From positions 4,975 through 68,974 of the IMG/VR virus record IMGVR_UViG_3300049744_000068: DNA of 64,000 bases; one strand, given 5' to 3'. The position numbers were made by a program, and so were the translations under genes. Of this stretch, positions 17,891 through 26,648 are shown one piece after another. Positions within the stretch are counted from its first letter, which is position 1; each line of letters begins with the position of its first letter. The notes under the pieces were generated by a model. It was given only the letters and a program-made list of their open reading frames with translations, made no database searches and was not told the DNA's origin. The DNA is from a virus (Duplodnaviria > Caudoviricetes).

Positions 17891-18613
17891 ATGGGAGTAC
17901 TGCGGGCGCAGGCCGCGCGTTTCGCTACGCATGTGCGTGGGCGCTTGTATCCGATGCTCGATCGACTTGCCGAGGCCGATCGTTCGGAACGTGTCGACGC
18001 AGTACACGATGACTTGTACCGAGACACGGCTGCAGTCACACAGGGTAGTTTCTCGACTTCGGATGTTCATGCCGCAGCCACGAAGGTGGCGACACGCGTC
18101 GAGCATCATTCCCGCCTAGAATTCAAGCGGATCGGGATAAGTCTTGATGACGAGCCTGGTCTTGCGCCGTTGATCAAGGTGTGGCGCCGCGGCCTGGTGG
18201 AGCGTGTCCAAGGTCTGGAGAAAGAGCAACTCGATCGACTGGAAAAGATCTTGGAGGGTGGAGCCGGTCTTCGCGTTGAGTCGCTGAAATCCAAGATCGA
18301 TTGGTTGATCGACACGAGCTCGATGCGTCAAGCGGAGATGCTCGCGCGCAACCAAGTGGTGATGCTGAACCAGCAGATCACCGAATCGCGTATGCGTGCC
18401 GCTGGGATCGAGGAGTACGAGTGGACGTGCGCTGGCAACGAGAAGGTCAGCGATGCGCACGCAGAACTCGACGGTCAGCGATTCCGCTTTGACGACCCAC
18501 CCACCGACGCCGACGGAAACACCGGAAACCCTGGGCTGATTCGACCCAATTGCCAATGTCAGGCCTGTCCAGTAATCCCAGCTTTGGAGGATCAGGAAAA
18601 CGAAGCAGCCTGA
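17891..18613 (+). CDS. Head morphogenesis protein (Mu gpF/SPP1 gp7-like); start uncertain
   Basis: YEWTCAGNEKVSDAHAELDGQRFRFDDPP...NCQC. Confidence 0.85.
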   Translation: MGVLRAQAARFATHVRGRLYPMLDRLAEADRSERVDAVHDDLYRDTAAVTQGSFSTSDVHAAATKVATRVEHHSRLEFKRIGISLDDEPGLAPLIKVWRRGLVERVQGLEKEQLDRLEKILEGGAGLRVESLKSKIDWLIDTSSMRQAEMLARNQVVMLNQQITESRMRAAGIEEYEWTCAGNEKVSDAHAELDGQRFRFDDPPTDADGNTGNPGLIRPNCQCQACPVIPALEDQENEAA

Positions 18614-20742
18614 AAGAGATCCTCACTACCCATAGGCGCATCGCAGTTGTTGGTGGTCCGCGATGCGGGAAGACAACGTTCACTGAACGGGTGAAGGATC
18701 GCCTCGTCGTTCATACCGACGACTACAGGGAGCCAGAGTATCCCTGGGCTGCTGTTCCTGAAGCTCTCAATAAGGCATGCTGCGACGAGACCTTCTGTCT
18801 TGAAGGCGTGCAGGCGGCACGCGCATTGCGCGCTGGTCTCGAAGTCGATGCGGTCGTGCTGTGTCGCACAGCATTCGTGGATCGCACGAAGCAGCAGCGC
18901 GCGATGGCAAAGGGCATCGATAAGGTTTTCAAGGAATGGCGGAGCGCGGCTGGCAAATCAGTCCCCGTCTACGAACTCGGTGAAATCGACATGCCGAACG
19001 AAGCAAAGAACGAGACCAGCAAGCGGCGCTACGAACTGCTTAGCATCGACGAGCAAGACCGCAGTGCCGCAATCGTTGCGAGCACTGGCAATCCGGGTCT
19101 CACCTACGAGTACCAGGAGGATGGACCTCCGGTCGAGGTGTGGGAATCCATCGTTGGCTGGGACCTCGATCGTTTCTCAAAGAACGGCAAGATCCTTTGG
19201 GTGCACGCCAGTTACCAAATGCCGATCGGGTGGGCACTCGACGTCAAGTTCGATGATGGCAAGAACACCGGCCACCCAGAGCTCACCATGCGCGCAAAGT
19301 TCGCTGGTGAGCGTGAATGTCCTGCGTACGGCGACTTTCCAGGCGCTGAAACGATCTGGCGTGCCGTTCTCGGAAAGCTGATTACCGCTGTCAGTGTTGG
19401 GTTCCGTCGTAAGACAACTGTCAAGGAAGGGGTCCGAGACGGCAAGAAGTACCGCGACATCATCGCCGAACTCTCTGAGGTGTCGTTCGTTCCGGTTGGC
19501 GAAGATGAGGACGCTCTCACTGTGGAGTCTAGATCGCGTGGCGGTAGACTCGACTGCAAGGAGCAAGATCAGCGCTTCGATGTCTCGGTACTCAGTGGTG
19601 CCAAGAATCTGCAACGTACCCAGGTTGGCGGCATTCGTATTCCTGCCAGACTCGCGCGCGTGGGCGTGCTTGAGTATCGGGGTGCTGGTGGTGTCTATCG
19701 TGAGTTTCGTCCTCACGATGAGGTGAGTGACCGGGCTTCACTAGACACCTTGCAAGGTGCGCCAGTGATCGACTTTGTCGACCACGTGAAGCTGATCACA
19801 CCGGAAGACTTCCGCGGCAAAGCCATCGGTCACGTCGAGAACGTGCGCATGGATGGTGACTACGTTGTCGGCGAGCTAGTGATCAACGACGCAGACGCGA
19901 TCATGAAGATCGATGCGGGTGAGCGCGCTGACATCAGTGCCGGCTACGTTCGCAAACCAGAGCTTGTTCCAGGCACGTGGCGCTCAACGCCGTACGACTT
20001 GGTGCAGAGGACCATTCGCTACAATCATGTGGCGTTGTGTCCGCCGAACAGAGGACGATCCGGGCCCGAGGTGGGCATCCGGTTGGACAGTAACGACGCA
20101 TTTTGCGTCATAGGAGCAGAGACAATGAAGACCATTCGAATCGACGGCAAAGACTTCGAGGTCGGCTCTGACGCACACCTCGCCAAGATCGAGGAGATGC
20201 ACAAGGCCGTTCTCGACAAGAAGGACGAAGAGTTGAAAACGGCAAACGCTGCCAAGGACGGTCTACAAGCCAAGCTAGACGCCAAGGCCAAGGACGACGA
20301 GGACGCCAAGGCCAAGGCTGCGAAGGACGAGGAAGAGCGCAAGGTCAAGGAAAAGGAAGCAAGCGAGAAGACCAAGAAGAGCATCAAGAGCCGCGTGCGA
20401 TTGCTGCTGCGCGCGCTGCGTCTGATGGACGAAGAGGACGACGACGAGAAGTTGGATGCCAAGCTCGACGAACTCGATGCGAAGACCGATCGCGAGATCA
20501 TGCTCGATTGCATCAAGAAGAGCGACGAGAAGTTCGACGCAACCGACAAGAGCGACGACTATGTTGCTTCACGCTTCGACACCCTGGATGTGTCTTCGAC
20601 TCGTGGCATCGACAACGTCGTGCGCCGCATTGAGCGGGTGAAGCAAGAGGGTGGTGGTGGCGAAAACCCCATCGAGAAGGCGCGCCTCGACATGCAGGAA
20701 CGCAATCGTACCGCTTGGCAGGACAAGCCAGCTTCGAAGTAA
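18550..20742 (+). CDS. Fusion: P-loop domain + HK97-type prohead protease + DUF2213 protease-like domain + scaffold
   Basis: GGPRCGKTT; WVH...PIG...VSVGF...EVSFV; RVGVLEY...DH...ISAGY...NHVAL..RGR; charged coiled C-terminus; start uncertain. Confidence 0.8.
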   Translation: MPMSGLSSNPSFGGSGKRSSLKEILTTHRRIAVVGGPRCGKTTFTERVKDRLVVHTDDYREPEYPWAAVPEALNKACCDETFCLEGVQAARALRAGLEVDAVVLCRTAFVDRTKQQRAMAKGIDKVFKEWRSAAGKSVPVYELGEIDMPNEAKNETSKRRYELLSIDEQDRSAAIVASTGNPGLTYEYQEDGPPVEVWESIVGWDLDRFSKNGKILWVHASYQMPIGWALDVKFDDGKNTGHPELTMRAKFAGERECPAYGDFPGAETIWRAVLGKLITAVSVGFRRKTTVKEGVRDGKKYRDIIAELSEVSFVPVGEDEDALTVESRSRGGRLDCKEQDQRFDVSVLSGAKNLQRTQVGGIRIPARLARVGVLEYRGAGGVYREFRPHDEVSDRASLDTLQGAPVIDFVDHVKLITPEDFRGKAIGHVENVRMDGDYVVGELVINDADAIMKIDAGERADISAGYVRKPELVPGTWRSTPYDLVQRTIRYNHVALCPPNRGRSGPEVGIRLDSNDAFCVIGAETMKTIRIDGKDFEVGSDAHLAKIEEMHKAVLDKKDEELKTANAAKDGLQAKLDAKAKDDEDAKAKAAKDEEERKVKEKEASEKTKKSIKSRVRLLLRALRLMDEEDDDEKLDAKLDELDAKTDREIMLDCIKKSDEKFDATDKSDDYVASRFDTLDVSSTRGIDNVVRRIERVKQEGGGGENPIEKARLDMQERNRTAWQDKPASK

Positions 20743-20774
20743 CCGTAGCTCAAGAACAAAAACTCAACGCGCTG

Positions 20775-20806
20775 CACCCCTGAGCGGGAAATACCTGCTC
20801 GGGGTG
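20775..20806 (+). other. 13-bp RNA hairpin with AAATA loop upstream of decoration gene
   Basis: CACCCC-T-GAGCGGG-AAATA-CCTGCTC-GGGGTG. Confidence 0.65.
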
Positions 20807-20852
20807 GCGGAGCATTGTCACAGGCCAACCCAAACAGAGGACAAGAAAACCC

Positions 20853-21443
20853 ATGACCGCAATTCAAACGGCTGTAGGCGCTGCTCCGGCACGCGGCGTT
20901 CCGGGCCAAGAGTACGATGCCGGATACAACGACGTTGTCACCAAGATCGCAACGGAAGCAATCCCGTTCGGTGTGTTGGTGGCATGCACCGCTGCTGGCG
21001 CGTGCGAACTCCCAGACAGTTCTGGTGAGGTCGCCACCGCCGGAGGTGTTGGCATTGCCCTCATTGACCACAACAAGGCAAGCCAGGGCGGATACGAAGC
21101 CGGCGACCCGGTTCGCGTGTTGCAGCGTGGGCGCGCCTACGTGAAGGCCGAGGAAACCATCTCGCATGGTGACGCGGTGTACGCGCGTCACACAGCAAGC
21201 GGTGGCAATACCCAGAAGGGCGCTTTCCGCAACGACACGGACAGCTCGAATGCAGCTGTCCCGCCTGGCGTTCGCTGGTTCCAAGGCGGCGGCACCAGTG
21301 ATCCGCCGGTGCTCGAGATCGGCTACGGCGGTAGCGCAGGCTCCACTGGCGCAGCCGGCCCCACGGGTCCGACTGGTCCGACCGGCCCCACGGGTCCGAC
21401 TGGTCCAACCGGCCCCACGGGTCCGACTGGTCCATCCGCGTAA
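20853..21443 (+). CDS. Capsid decoration/cement protein with collagen-like C-terminal tail
   Basis: Between protease and MCP; AIPFGVLV...[10 protein letters not shown]; ends (GPT)8-GPSA. Confidence 0.85.
   Translation: MTAIQTAVGAAPARGVPGQEYDAGYNDVVTKIATEAIPFGVLVACTAAGACELPDSSGEVATAGGVGIALIDHNKASQGGYEAGDPVRVLQRGRAYVKAEETISHGDAVYARHTASGGNTQKGAFRNDTDSSNAAVPPGVRWFQGGGTSDPPVLEIGYGGSAGSTGAAGPTGPTGPTGPTGPTGPTGPTGPTGPSA
21357..21437 (+). repeat. Three 27-bp coding repeats encoding Gly-Pro-Thr triplets
   Basis: GGCCCCACGGGTCCGACTGGTCC(G/A)(A/T)CC x3. Confidence 0.95.
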
Positions 21444-21533
21444 CCAACCTGGTGATGTGCGGGTTCGCAGCTTACTGCCGCGGGCCCGCCGCCACCAATC
21501 GCTCAACACACACATTCACAGGGAACACCCGTT

Positions 21534-21554
21534 CTCTGGGGCAATACCCCGGAG
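21534..21554 (+). other. 8-bp RNA hairpin with CAATA loop upstream of MCP
   Basis: CTCTGGGG-CAATA-CCCCGGAG. Confidence 0.6.
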
Positions 21555-21599
21555 GTGCATGGCTGCGCCCTCCGCAACAACGAACAAGGAACAAGAACA

Positions 21600-22574
21600 A
21601 TGAAAGATCTGTTTTTCCAACGAGCAGTTCAGATCCTCGAAGGTCACGACGGGGTACGCCTGGACGCAAACGAGACCGCGTTCCTGGAACGCGAACTGAC
21701 GCAGCTGCGCACCAAGATTTTCGAGGTCGTGTACCCGGACATGTTGGGTCGTCGCTTCGTACCGATGGCAACTGACATTGCCGCGAGTGCAGAGAAGTAT
21801 GCGTTCAAGGTGTGGGACAAGGTTGGTAAGGCGAAGGTCGCCGCCAACGACAGCGACGATGCTCCGCGCATCGACGTGACGGGTAAGGAACTGAATGGCA
21901 AGGTGTATCCCGTCATCGCGTCCTACGGCTGGGGTCTGAACGAGTTGCGTGAAGCGATTCGCACGAATACTCCGCTGCAGTCACAGCGTGCCCTCGCTGC
22001 TCGGTCTGCGATCGAGACTGGCATCGATGAGATGCTGGCTAACGGCTACACCGACCAACCCGGTGAGACGAACCTGGTCACCAAAGGTCTGCTCAACAAC
22101 GCTGACGTCGAAGGCCTCGGCTACGCGACGCTGACCAACTGGACCCAGGCAACCGCAGCGACAACCATCGAGAATGAACTCAACGCCTGGATCAACGGCA
22201 TCATTTCTGGAAGCAAACAGAAGTTTTTGCCGACCAACGTGTTGCTGCCACCGTCTCGTCACGAGATCATCAACACCAAGCGCGTTGGCGTCGACAACGA
22301 CACCACTATCAAGGCGTCGTTCCTCAAGAACAACCCGCACATCAAGGCGATCGATCCTTGGTGGCGCTTGGAAGGGATTGGCACCAACAGCACGGGCCGT
22401 GGCCTCGTGTACCAGAAGGACCCGTTGGTCCTTGAGGGCGTGGTGCCCGTCGACTTCGAGCAGTTGCCTCCCCAGGCGCGCAACTTCGAGTTCATCGTCA
22501 ACTGCTTCGGTCGTTGCGGTGGCGTGAAGGTGTACCAGCCTCTCGCGATGAAGTACGGCGACTTCCCGGCATAA
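21600..22574 (+). CDS. Major capsid protein (DUF2184 family)
   Basis: FLERELTQLRTKIFEVVYP, GLLNN, AMKYGD; A-rich leader with AGGA. Confidence 0.9.
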   Translation: MKDLFFQRAVQILEGHDGVRLDANETAFLERELTQLRTKIFEVVYPDMLGRRFVPMATDIAASAEKYAFKVWDKVGKAKVAANDSDDAPRIDVTGKELNGKVYPVIASYGWGLNELREAIRTNTPLQSQRALAARSAIETGIDEMLANGYTDQPGETNLVTKGLLNNADVEGLGYATLTNWTQATAATTIENELNAWINGIISGSKQKFLPTNVLLPPSRHEIINTKRVGVDNDTTIKASFLKNNPHIKAIDPWWRLEGIGTNSTGRGLVYQKDPLVLEGVVPVDFEQLPPQARNFEFIVNCFGRCGGVKVYQPLAMKYGDFPA

Positions 22575-22577
22575 CAA

Positions 22578-22799
22578 ATGCTGCGAATTGAAGCGCCAAA
22601 AGAGATGACGTGGCAAGGGTACGGGGTCACTCTCGTACCCGGCGTCAACACGCTCGATCAGGAGATTCCACACGGATTGATGCGCTCGTTTGAGCGACAT
22701 CATGAAGCGGGGCTGATCAAGATCTTGCGTGATGAACCGCCAGTCACGTCGCCTCAGGGTCGTGCCGCCGCAGCACCACAGCGCCGGAAAGTCCGGTGA
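22578..22799 (+). CDS. Small head-associated hypothetical protein
   Basis: Position after MCP; VTLVPGVN motif. Confidence 0.6.
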   Translation: MLRIEAPKEMTWQGYGVTLVPGVNTLDQEIPHGLMRSFERHHEAGLIKILRDEPPVTSPQGRAAAAPQRRKVR

Positions 22800-22802
22800 G
22801 CC

Positions 22803-23084
22803 GTGGCGCTCACGGCAGCGAAGTTCCTCGTTCTGCACCCGGAGTTCGACACGGCTCCGCAAGAGATGGTGCAGAACGTCATCGCCGAGGCGAGTCGTCA
22901 GCTGAATCCGGACGTGTACGGTGACAAGCTCGACGACGCACACCGGTGGCTCACCGCCCACCTGCTGACCGAAACACCATTCGGCAAGACGCTGCGACAA
23001 GCCGACGACGACAAGCCGACCGTGTACTTCAAAGAGTACAACGCAATTCGCAAACTCGTAGCTCCACGAGTGATGGTGACGTGA
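22803..23084 (+). CDS. Head-tail adaptor (DUF4054-like)
   Basis: FLVLHPEF...LTAHLL; synteny. Confidence 0.75.
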   Translation: MALTAAKFLVLHPEFDTAPQEMVQNVIAEASRQLNPDVYGDKLDDAHRWLTAHLLTETPFGKTLRQADDDKPTVYFKEYNAIRKLVAPRVMVT

Positions 23085-23554
23085 CCTTCAAAGACCGCGA
23101 TCGAGGCTACTCGAAGCGGATAAAGTCCCTGAAGAAACTGGGTGCGAAACAGCACGCGGTGACGGTAGGGGTGCATGAGGAAGAAGGGTCGGAGCAGCAC
23201 GAGGAATCCGATCTCTCAATCGCGGACATTGCCGCGATCCAAGAGTTTGGCGCCGAGTCCGTTGGCATTCCGAGTCGCAGTTTCATTCGCGACTGGTCTG
23301 ACGAGAACGAGGCAGACAACAAGCAGACGCTGAAGACGCTGACCGAGGCAACGGTGGCGGGGAAGATCCCCGACATCGACACGGCCCTGGATCAGGCCGG
23401 CGCAAAGTTTGCTGGCGATGTGAAGAAGCGAATCATCGCCCACATCCCACCCGAGAACGCCCCTTCGACGATCGAACAGAAGGGGACGTCGACACCCCTG
23501 ATCGGGGAAACCACGCAGCTCTTGAGCGCAATCACCTGGAAGGTTGAAAAGTGA
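23081..23554 (+). CDS. Neck/tail completion protein
   Basis: VTVGV...IAAIQEFG...IPSRSFIR...NAPSTIEQKG..PLI. Confidence 0.75.
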   Translation: MTFKDRDRGYSKRIKSLKKLGAKQHAVTVGVHEEEGSEQHEESDLSIADIAAIQEFGAESVGIPSRSFIRDWSDENEADNKQTLKTLTEATVAGKIPDIDTALDQAGAKFAGDVKKRIIAHIPPENAPSTIEQKGTSTPLIGETTQLLSAITWKVEK

Positions 23555-24186
23555 TCAACTGGACCGATGTTGCGCCAGCGCTGGTGAATCTGATTTCGAG
23601 CCTCTCGCTCGACGATCCGCCCCAGAAGTTCCAAGCGAACTGGGCTCACAAGAGCCAGAAGATGGTCGTGCCCGAAGTCGGCATGGACCTGCTGCTGCGC
23701 GTGACCAGCGTGGTCGGCGTAGGGGAAGACGAGACCCGCAAGAAGACGGTCACGATCACGCCGACTGAGGGCGACCCGTATCCAGAAGTTTTCGAGACCG
23801 TCGTAGGTCACCGCAAGTTCGTCCTCGAGGTGCGCGTTGAGTCGCAGGTCCACGAGGAAGAAAAGAATCGGTGGGCAATGTCGATGCTCGATCGAATTCG
23901 CACGCGGATGCGCCGCACGCATTCGGTTGAAGCGCTGCAGCGTGTAAACGTTGCACTGCTCAAGATTGGCGCCAGCAACGACGTCACGTTCAAGGCCGAC
24001 AAGCGGAAGATTAATGCCGCCGTCATGGACATGACGTTTTACGCGGCGTTCTGTGACGAAGATCCGGTTGCGATCGGATGGTTCGAAAAGATCAAGCTCA
24101 CGGCGCGGATTCGCGGAGTGGATGACGAGCTACTCGATAGCCCGCCCAACTTCACGGACGAGTTGATTCAACTCGATTCCGAATAA
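23551..24186 (+). CDS. Tail terminator/neck protein
   Basis: Synteny immediately before sheath. Confidence 0.65.
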   Translation: MINWTDVAPALVNLISSLSLDDPPQKFQANWAHKSQKMVVPEVGMDLLLRVTSVVGVGEDETRKKTVTITPTEGDPYPEVFETVVGHRKFVLEVRVESQVHEEEKNRWAMSMLDRIRTRMRRTHSVEALQRVNVALLKIGASNDVTFKADKRKINAAVMDMTFYAAFCDEDPVAIGWFEKIKLTARIRGVDDELLDSPPNFTDELIQLDSE

Positions 24187-24250
24187 CCAGCGTCGCTTTT
24201 GACACGGGAGCCAATCGGCTCACCGAAAGAAACCCATAGGAGACAACTCA

Positions 24251-25561
24251 ATGTCGGGTCTGGACCACATCATTGAAGCGACGGTCAACCGTCAGACGCG
24301 TGCACCCACGCAAAAGGGCTTCGGCACTCCACTGCTGATTGCGTACCACGAGCTGTATGGCGATCTGCTGAGGGAGTATGGGGAGCTGTCCGAGCTCACC
24401 GACGAAGGGTTCAGTGCTGACTCCAGCGTCTATCGCATGGCCGCGGCGCTCAAGTCGCAGGACACGAGCCCAAAGACGTTTTGGGTGGGGCGCCGAAAGA
24501 CCGCATTCACGCAAGTTGTTCACCTCATCCCCCGCAACACCACGGTGGGTTTCGTTCACTCGATCACGATTGACGACATTGAGTACACCTACGAGGTTCA
24601 GCCGAGCGACACCGTTGCCCTGATCGTCGATGGGCTGCTTTCCGAAATAGCAGCAGCCGACGACGTCACCGCCACCGATGGTACGACACACGCGATCTGC
24701 ACCAGCGATACCGAAGGCGCGATCCACAAGTACAAGGCCAAGAAGGGCCTGGACCTGTACGACGCCACGGCAAACCCCGGTGGTTTCGCCCAAGATCTTG
24801 CGGACATCGCAGCCGACAATCCCGAGGCTGATTGGTACGGCGTGCTGCTCGACTGCAACTCCGAGGCGCAGATCACCCCGTTCGCCACGTGGCTGGAGAC
24901 GAATCTCGCCCTCGGCTTGGTTCAGTCTGCCGACTGGGACGTCAAGGACGCAGGCCAATCGGGCGACATCGCTACAGCCATGCGCACGGCCGCGTGGAAG
25001 CGCACGAGCGGTATCTACTGCGGACAGATCGGCATGTACTCCGCAGCGGGTTGGATGGGCGGTTTGTTGCCCCGCAATCCGGGTCGCGCCACGTGGGCCC
25101 ACAAGACCATCACCGGCATCGACACCGACGCTCTCAGCACGGGTCAACGCACGGCGATCGAGGACAAGAACTGGTCGCACTACACGCGCACGGGCGGTCT
25201 CAACGTCACGTTCGAGTCGAAGACGCCAGCGGGCGAGTTCATCGATATCATCCAAGGTGTCGACTTCTCGACGGCTCGCATCAAGGAAGCGCTGTTCGGG
25301 CAATTGGCAAACAACGAGAAGATCCCGCAAACCGAAGCGGGGATCACCTCGGTGCGAGGCACGGTATTGTCGGTGTTGAAGCAGTGCTCTGGCGCTGACT
25401 TTCCCATCTACGATCCAACCACGATCACGACGGAAGTTCCGAAGATCGACGAGATCCCAACTGCGGATCGCGCGAACCGCATCTTGCCGAACATCCGTTA
25501 CTCAGCGCGTCTCCAAGGCGCGTTCCACCGCTTCAAAGTCATCGGCAACGTCTACGTCTAA
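24251..25561 (+). CDS. Tail sheath protein (DUF3383 family)
   Basis: KGFGTPL, WAHKTITGI, GEFIDIIQGVD, KIPQTEAG, QGAFH. Confidence 0.9.
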   Translation: MSGLDHIIEATVNRQTRAPTQKGFGTPLLIAYHELYGDLLREYGELSELTDEGFSADSSVYRMAAALKSQDTSPKTFWVGRRKTAFTQVVHLIPRNTTVGFVHSITIDDIEYTYEVQPSDTVALIVDGLLSEIAAADDVTATDGTTHAICTSDTEGAIHKYKAKKGLDLYDATANPGGFAQDLADIAADNPEADWYGVLLDCNSEAQITPFATWLETNLALGLVQSADWDVKDAGQSGDIATAMRTAAWKRTSGIYCGQIGMYSAAGWMGGLLPRNPGRATWAHKTITGIDTDALSTGQRTAIEDKNWSHYTRTGGLNVTFESKTPAGEFIDIIQGVDFSTARIKEALFGQLANNEKIPQTEAGITSVRGTVLSVLKQCSGADFPIYDPTTITTEVPKIDEIPTADRANRILPNIRYSARLQGAFHRFKVIGNVYV

Positions 25562-25573
25562 GGAGCAACCCCA

Positions 25574-26008
25574 ATGGGCTTCGCTGTCTACAATTCGAAA
25601 CAAGTTCAGTGCCTCGTTGGTGGCGTCGACATCGACGGCGACCGTGGTGAGGAAGACTTCTGCGCCATCGAAAAGCTCGAGGAAGACGTCGTCGTTCACT
25701 CGAGCTCAGACGGCGGCGGTGCCGTTTCCGTCACCAACGACGAATGGCACAAGGTCACATTGACCCTGATGCACACGTCCAAGGGCAACGCGATCCTATC
25801 GGGCATGCGCGCGGCCGGTAAGCTGTTGCCGCAAAAGGTGCTCGTGCTGCCGCTGATCGTGATCGATTCTGGTAGCAACGGCAATTTGCTCGCGAGCGAC
25901 AAGGCTGTGATCGCCAAGATGGCTGATGAGACGTACAGCAAGGAGATCAAAGAAGTCGATTGGGTCTTCTACGTCTACGATCCGCTGCGCTTCATCGGGG
26001 GTCACTAA
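25574..26008 (+). CDS. Tail tube protein (DUF3277-like)
   Basis: YNSKQV...VTLTLMHTSKGNAIL; follows sheath. Confidence 0.8.
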   Translation: MGFAVYNSKQVQCLVGGVDIDGDRGEEDFCAIEKLEEDVVVHSSSDGGGAVSVTNDEWHKVTLTLMHTSKGNAILSGMRAAGKLLPQKVLVLPLIVIDSGSNGNLLASDKAVIAKMADETYSKEIKEVDWVFYVYDPLRFIGGH

Positions 26009-26469
26009 TGGGACGTAGGATCGTCAAGTTCCAGATCGAGGGTCACAACTTCGAGATCACGCAGCTTGGAGCCGTCGAAGGTCGCCAGCTGTCGATCTTG
26101 TTCATTCAGGTTGTTGGCCCACTCGTGTCTGGCCTGGTCAAGAACCAGGACATTGTCAAAGCGGTTAGCGCTGGCAAGGAGAGCGAGGCCGGGAACGCGA
26201 TCCTTGAGGCGATGGGTGACCTCACTGACGCTCTTCAGAACGTGGACCCGAAGCGTCTCGAACCGCTGTGGGACGCTTTCTCTGAGAACGCTTGGATCGT
26301 TGGCAACAATACTCGCCAGCAGGTCAAGGCCGTTTTCGATGAACACTTCGCTGGCGACGGGCAGTTTGCCATGTGGAGGTTTTTCATTGAATCGGCGAAG
26401 GCGAACTTCGCAGGTTTTTTAGCCAAGGCAGGCGGAAACGCCGCAAGCGCAAAGGGTCCGTCAGCGTAA
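26008..26469 (+). CDS. Tail assembly chaperone (G)
   Basis: Between tube and tape measure; carries slippery site. Confidence 0.8.
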   Translation: MGRRIVKFQIEGHNFEITQLGAVEGRQLSILFIQVVGPLVSGLVKNQDIVKAVSAGKESEAGNAILEAMGDLTDALQNVDPKRLEPLWDAFSENAWIVGNNTRQQVKAVFDEHFAGDGQFAMWRFFIESAKANFAGFLAKAGGNAASAKGPSA

Positions 26470-26642
26470 CGATTCCAGAGGGTCTCGACTGGTACGTCTG
26501 GCGGGTAGTCGGATCGAACCTGTGTAGCGGGCTGCACGAGATCGAAGAGCACTGGTCGCTCGACGACTTGGCGCAAGCCCACGTCACCCTGGATCTCCAC
26601 GACGACATTGAGATCGCGCGCCAACCGAAGCCGAGAAAGTAA
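26008..26642 (+). CDS. Tail assembly chaperone GT produced by -1 frameshift
   Basis: T TTT TTA at 26415-26421; the -1 frame stays open to TAA 26640 (…DWYVWRVV…HWSLDDLAQAHVTL…). Confidence 0.75.
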
Positions 26643-26648
26643 CCGCCA

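Noticed and set aside
21357-21437. 27-bp direct repeats as a CRISPR array
   Set aside because: No spacers; repeats are in-frame and encode Gly-Pro-Thr; no cas genes
24208-24221. GAGCC-AATC-GGCTC hairpin before sheath as a third AATA-loop element
   Set aside because: Loop length, sequence and closing pair differ from the two capsid-region hairpins
21981-25330. Long minus-strand ORFs (339 and 360 aa) over capsid and sheath
   Set aside because: Antisense shadows expected from high-GC codon bias
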